Source: a virus (lineage: Duplodnaviria > Heunggongvirae > Uroviricota > Caudoviricetes). From it: 64,000 nt of DNA. Where the stretch lies: the IMG/VR virus record IMGVR_UViG_3300032103_000073. One strand, written 5' to 3'. The notes below the pieces were generated by a model. That model made no database searches. It was not told the DNA's origin and saw nothing but the letters and a program-made list of their open reading frames with translations. Position numbers and translations under genes: made by a program. This document shows positions 62,397-64,000 of this stretch, piece by piece (positions within the stretch are counted from its first letter, which is position 1; each line of letters begins with the position of its first letter).

Positions 62397-63083
62397 CTTA
62401 CAGTTATCACCGTGCCATCGTTTAAGATTGCTCGCACTTACTTCTTTAGAACAGTGAGGGCATCTTAACCTTGGACGGTTTGCGTGATAGGGATTTTCTT
62501 TAATCTTGTTGATATGTTCTGTTGATTTGGGCTTGCTCTGCTTTGCCTTTATTTCTGCCGCATACTCAACACCAAATCGTTCCTCGTAAGTTTTTCCAGC
62601 ATAGTGTTCTCGCATAGTTTGCTTGAACTCATCTGTTTTGGGCTGCGAATGTTTGCCCTTGCCGTTGGCACTCATTTTCTTTCTTGTGCTCTCTTTGTGA
62701 GTTTTGCTATACATAGGATTAAGTTCGCCTCTACGAGATTTACCATACCAAGGATTTTTCTTTCCGCGAATGTCTGCGTGAAAAGTCCCAGCACCGGTTG
62801 CTTGGTTTATGTATAACGGATTCTTGTGTACCTGGTGCTTTTTATGAAAGTATTCTTCTTGTTCTGCCGCTTCTTTTTTAGTAGCATGAACAGTAAGTAT
62901 TTTGGTTTCGAAAAGGTGTGGATTTTGTTCAAGTTCCTCTAACCAAATCTGTTTGTAAAGTTTGCTGGAAACGGAACCGTGATATCCGTTTTGAACATTT
63001 TTTACATTGGAACGCCCAATGTAAAACATAGGCATTTTGGTCCCTTTGTAAATGGTTAGATAGGTACAGTATTCCATTGACAT
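62367..63083 (-). CDS. GIY-YIG homing endonuclease (Seg-like)
   Basis: YLTIYKGTKMPMFYIGRS GIY-YIG; basic C-terminal region; only large minus-strand gene in this block. Confidence 0.7.
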   Translation of the reverse strand: MSMEYCTYLTIYKGTKMPMFYIGRSNVKNVQNGYHGSVSSKLYKQIWLEELEQNPHLFETKILTVHATKKEAAEQEEYFHKKHQVHKNPLYINQATGAGTFHADIRGKKNPWYGKSRRGELNPMYSKTHKESTRKKMSANGKGKHSQPKTDEFKQTMREHYAGKTYEERFGVEYAAEIKAKQSKPKSTEHINKIKENPYHANRPRLRCPHCSKEVSASNLKRWHGDNCKLSEELTNPL

Positions 63084-63138
63084 TTTTCCTTTTCGGTGCT
63101 ATACTTATTTATATGAATACTATCCTTTTGTTGATAAA

Positions 63139-63351
63139 ATGAATAAACTAATCAAAGAACTTAAACACCAAGCAACAGACTATGTTGATAGTATTGATGA
63201 TGGGCTTGGTATAGAACATTATAGAGAATTTGTGGATCTAAAGTTCGCTGAGTTGATTGTAGGGGAATGTGCTAAAGTTGCTTTGTGGGAGCAAGGCAAG
63301 GGATATGATGTTGGTGAAATTATCCTAAAACATTTTGGAGTAAAAGAATGA
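63139..63351 (+). CDS. FAELIVREC-family small protein
   Basis: KFAELIVGECAKV...KHFGVKE. Confidence 0.55.
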   Translation: MNKLIKELKHQATDYVDSIDDGLGIEHYREFVDLKFAELIVGECAKVALWEQGKGYDVGEIILKHFGVKE

Positions 63352-63449
63352 CGCTAGTAGATGCTATTCGTGCTAACATTGTAGAATACACTGCCATGGA
63401 CGAGCAAGCTCGTCTTGCATGGGTACGCAACTATATGGAGGCGGCCTAA
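63348..63449 (+). CDS. duplicated C-terminal fragment of the RNA ligase (33 aa)
   Basis: MTLVDAIRANIVEYTAMDEQARLAWVRNYM versus ligase C-terminus LIDAIRLNIAAYTAMNEQERLEWVRKFL. Confidence 0.5.
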   Translation: MTLVDAIRANIVEYTAMDEQARLAWVRNYMEAA

Positions 63450-63672
63450 GGATGAAATGTTTAATGGAACATGGGGTACAACCTATGTTCCAAGAAAGCG
63501 AACAGTAAGTCCTTGGGTTAAATGGTTTGCTTGGCGGCCTGTTACAACAGTAGGAGGCCATCGTATGTGGCTTAAATCTGTATATCGACGATGCATAAAC
63601 ACTTATGTTGATATGGACAACTGGCGCAGGTATGAATATGCTACTTTATTTGATGTGCTGAAAGGTAACTGA
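63415..63672 (+). CDS. hypothetical protein
   Basis: ORF. Confidence 0.45.
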   Translation: MHGYATIWRRPKDEMFNGTWGTTYVPRKRTVSPWVKWFAWRPVTTVGGHRMWLKSVYRRCINTYVDMDNWRRYEYATLFDVLKGN

Positions 63673-64000
63673 TGAGACTAATGTTAGGTACTAAAGAACG
63701 ACCAAGTTTGTTAGTTGACGTTGAGCAGGAATACAGTCCTACTCACTTTGAGTTTTGGGTAGTCAACGGGGCATGGGAAGGTACTTACACTAACGGGCAT
63801 GTCACTGTTTGGCATCCCTGTGAGCCGTGGTCTGAACTAGGCAAAACTGAAATCTTGTGCGATAATCAAGACAGGTTGCGTAGTTTGCCTAGTTATGATT
63901 ATCAGACCGTGTTTGACAACTTTCACGATCCTGATTATGTTGCACCCAAGCCCGAGAAGGTTGTACTGCCTGCTGACTGGGACGATGATATACCATTTTA
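63672..64000 (+). CDS. hypothetical protein (3' partial at the window edge)
   Basis: ATGA-coupled ORF running off the end. Confidence 0.4.
   Translation, partial: MRLMLGTKERPSLLVDVEQEYSPTHFEFWVVNGAWEGTYTNGHVTVWHPCEPWSELGKTEILCDNQDRLRSLPSYDYQTVFDNFHDPDYVAPKPEKVVLPADWDDDIPF

Noticed and set aside
1-64000. CRISPR arrays, rRNA genes, integrase or transposase, and att sites
   Set aside because: No regularly spaced direct repeats, no rRNA-like sequence and no recombinase-like ORFs were seen. The tRNA-flanked island at 37847-43933 has no integrase, so it is treated as a phage accessory region and not an integrative element.

Overview
This window reads as a densely packed, almost entirely plus-strand genome segment of a large virulent (jumbo/T4-like) phage of a Gram-negative host.

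- About 25 near-identical sigma70-type promoters (TTGACA-N17-TATAAT) drive small genes. Most are joined to a conserved 5'UTR ('ATACATAGCGTAAACAAACAGGAG' followed by ATG).
- Clear host-takeover genes are present: ClpX, ClpS and ClpP; IF3 and ribosomal protein S21; Hsp20; MazG; and an RF1-like release factor whose gene carries an in-frame TGA.
- A TilS homolog sits directly upstream of a tRNA-Ile2(CAT). A candidate RNA-repair set follows (metallophosphoesterase, HD phosphohydrolase, PNK-like kinase and RNA ligase), together with several phosphatases.
- Two long tandem arrays (about 34 genes) of a small-protein family share the C-terminal motif (D/E)A-M/L-M-F-x-L-R/K-W-S and are translationally coupled through ATGA/GTGA stop-start overlaps.
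- A tRNA super-array (43.9-54.4 kb, about 35 tRNA or tRNA-like genes) contains several atypical members: class-I tRNAs with Leu anticodons, an 8-nt anticodon loop, a 125-nt tRNA-like element and truncated 5' fragments.
- The array is interleaved with homing endonucleases (GIY-YIG, HNH), many ORF-free structured stretches (candidate ncRNAs or intron-like RNAs) and an accessory island (37.8-43.9 kb).
- The island holds multiple Fe(II)/2-oxoglutarate dioxygenase-like paralogs, a fatty-acid-desaturase-like protein and a PP-loop ATPase.

All tRNA anticodon calls and all protein calls were made by eye from the sequence. No database search was run, so every call should be re-checked with tRNAscan/Infernal and HMM searches.
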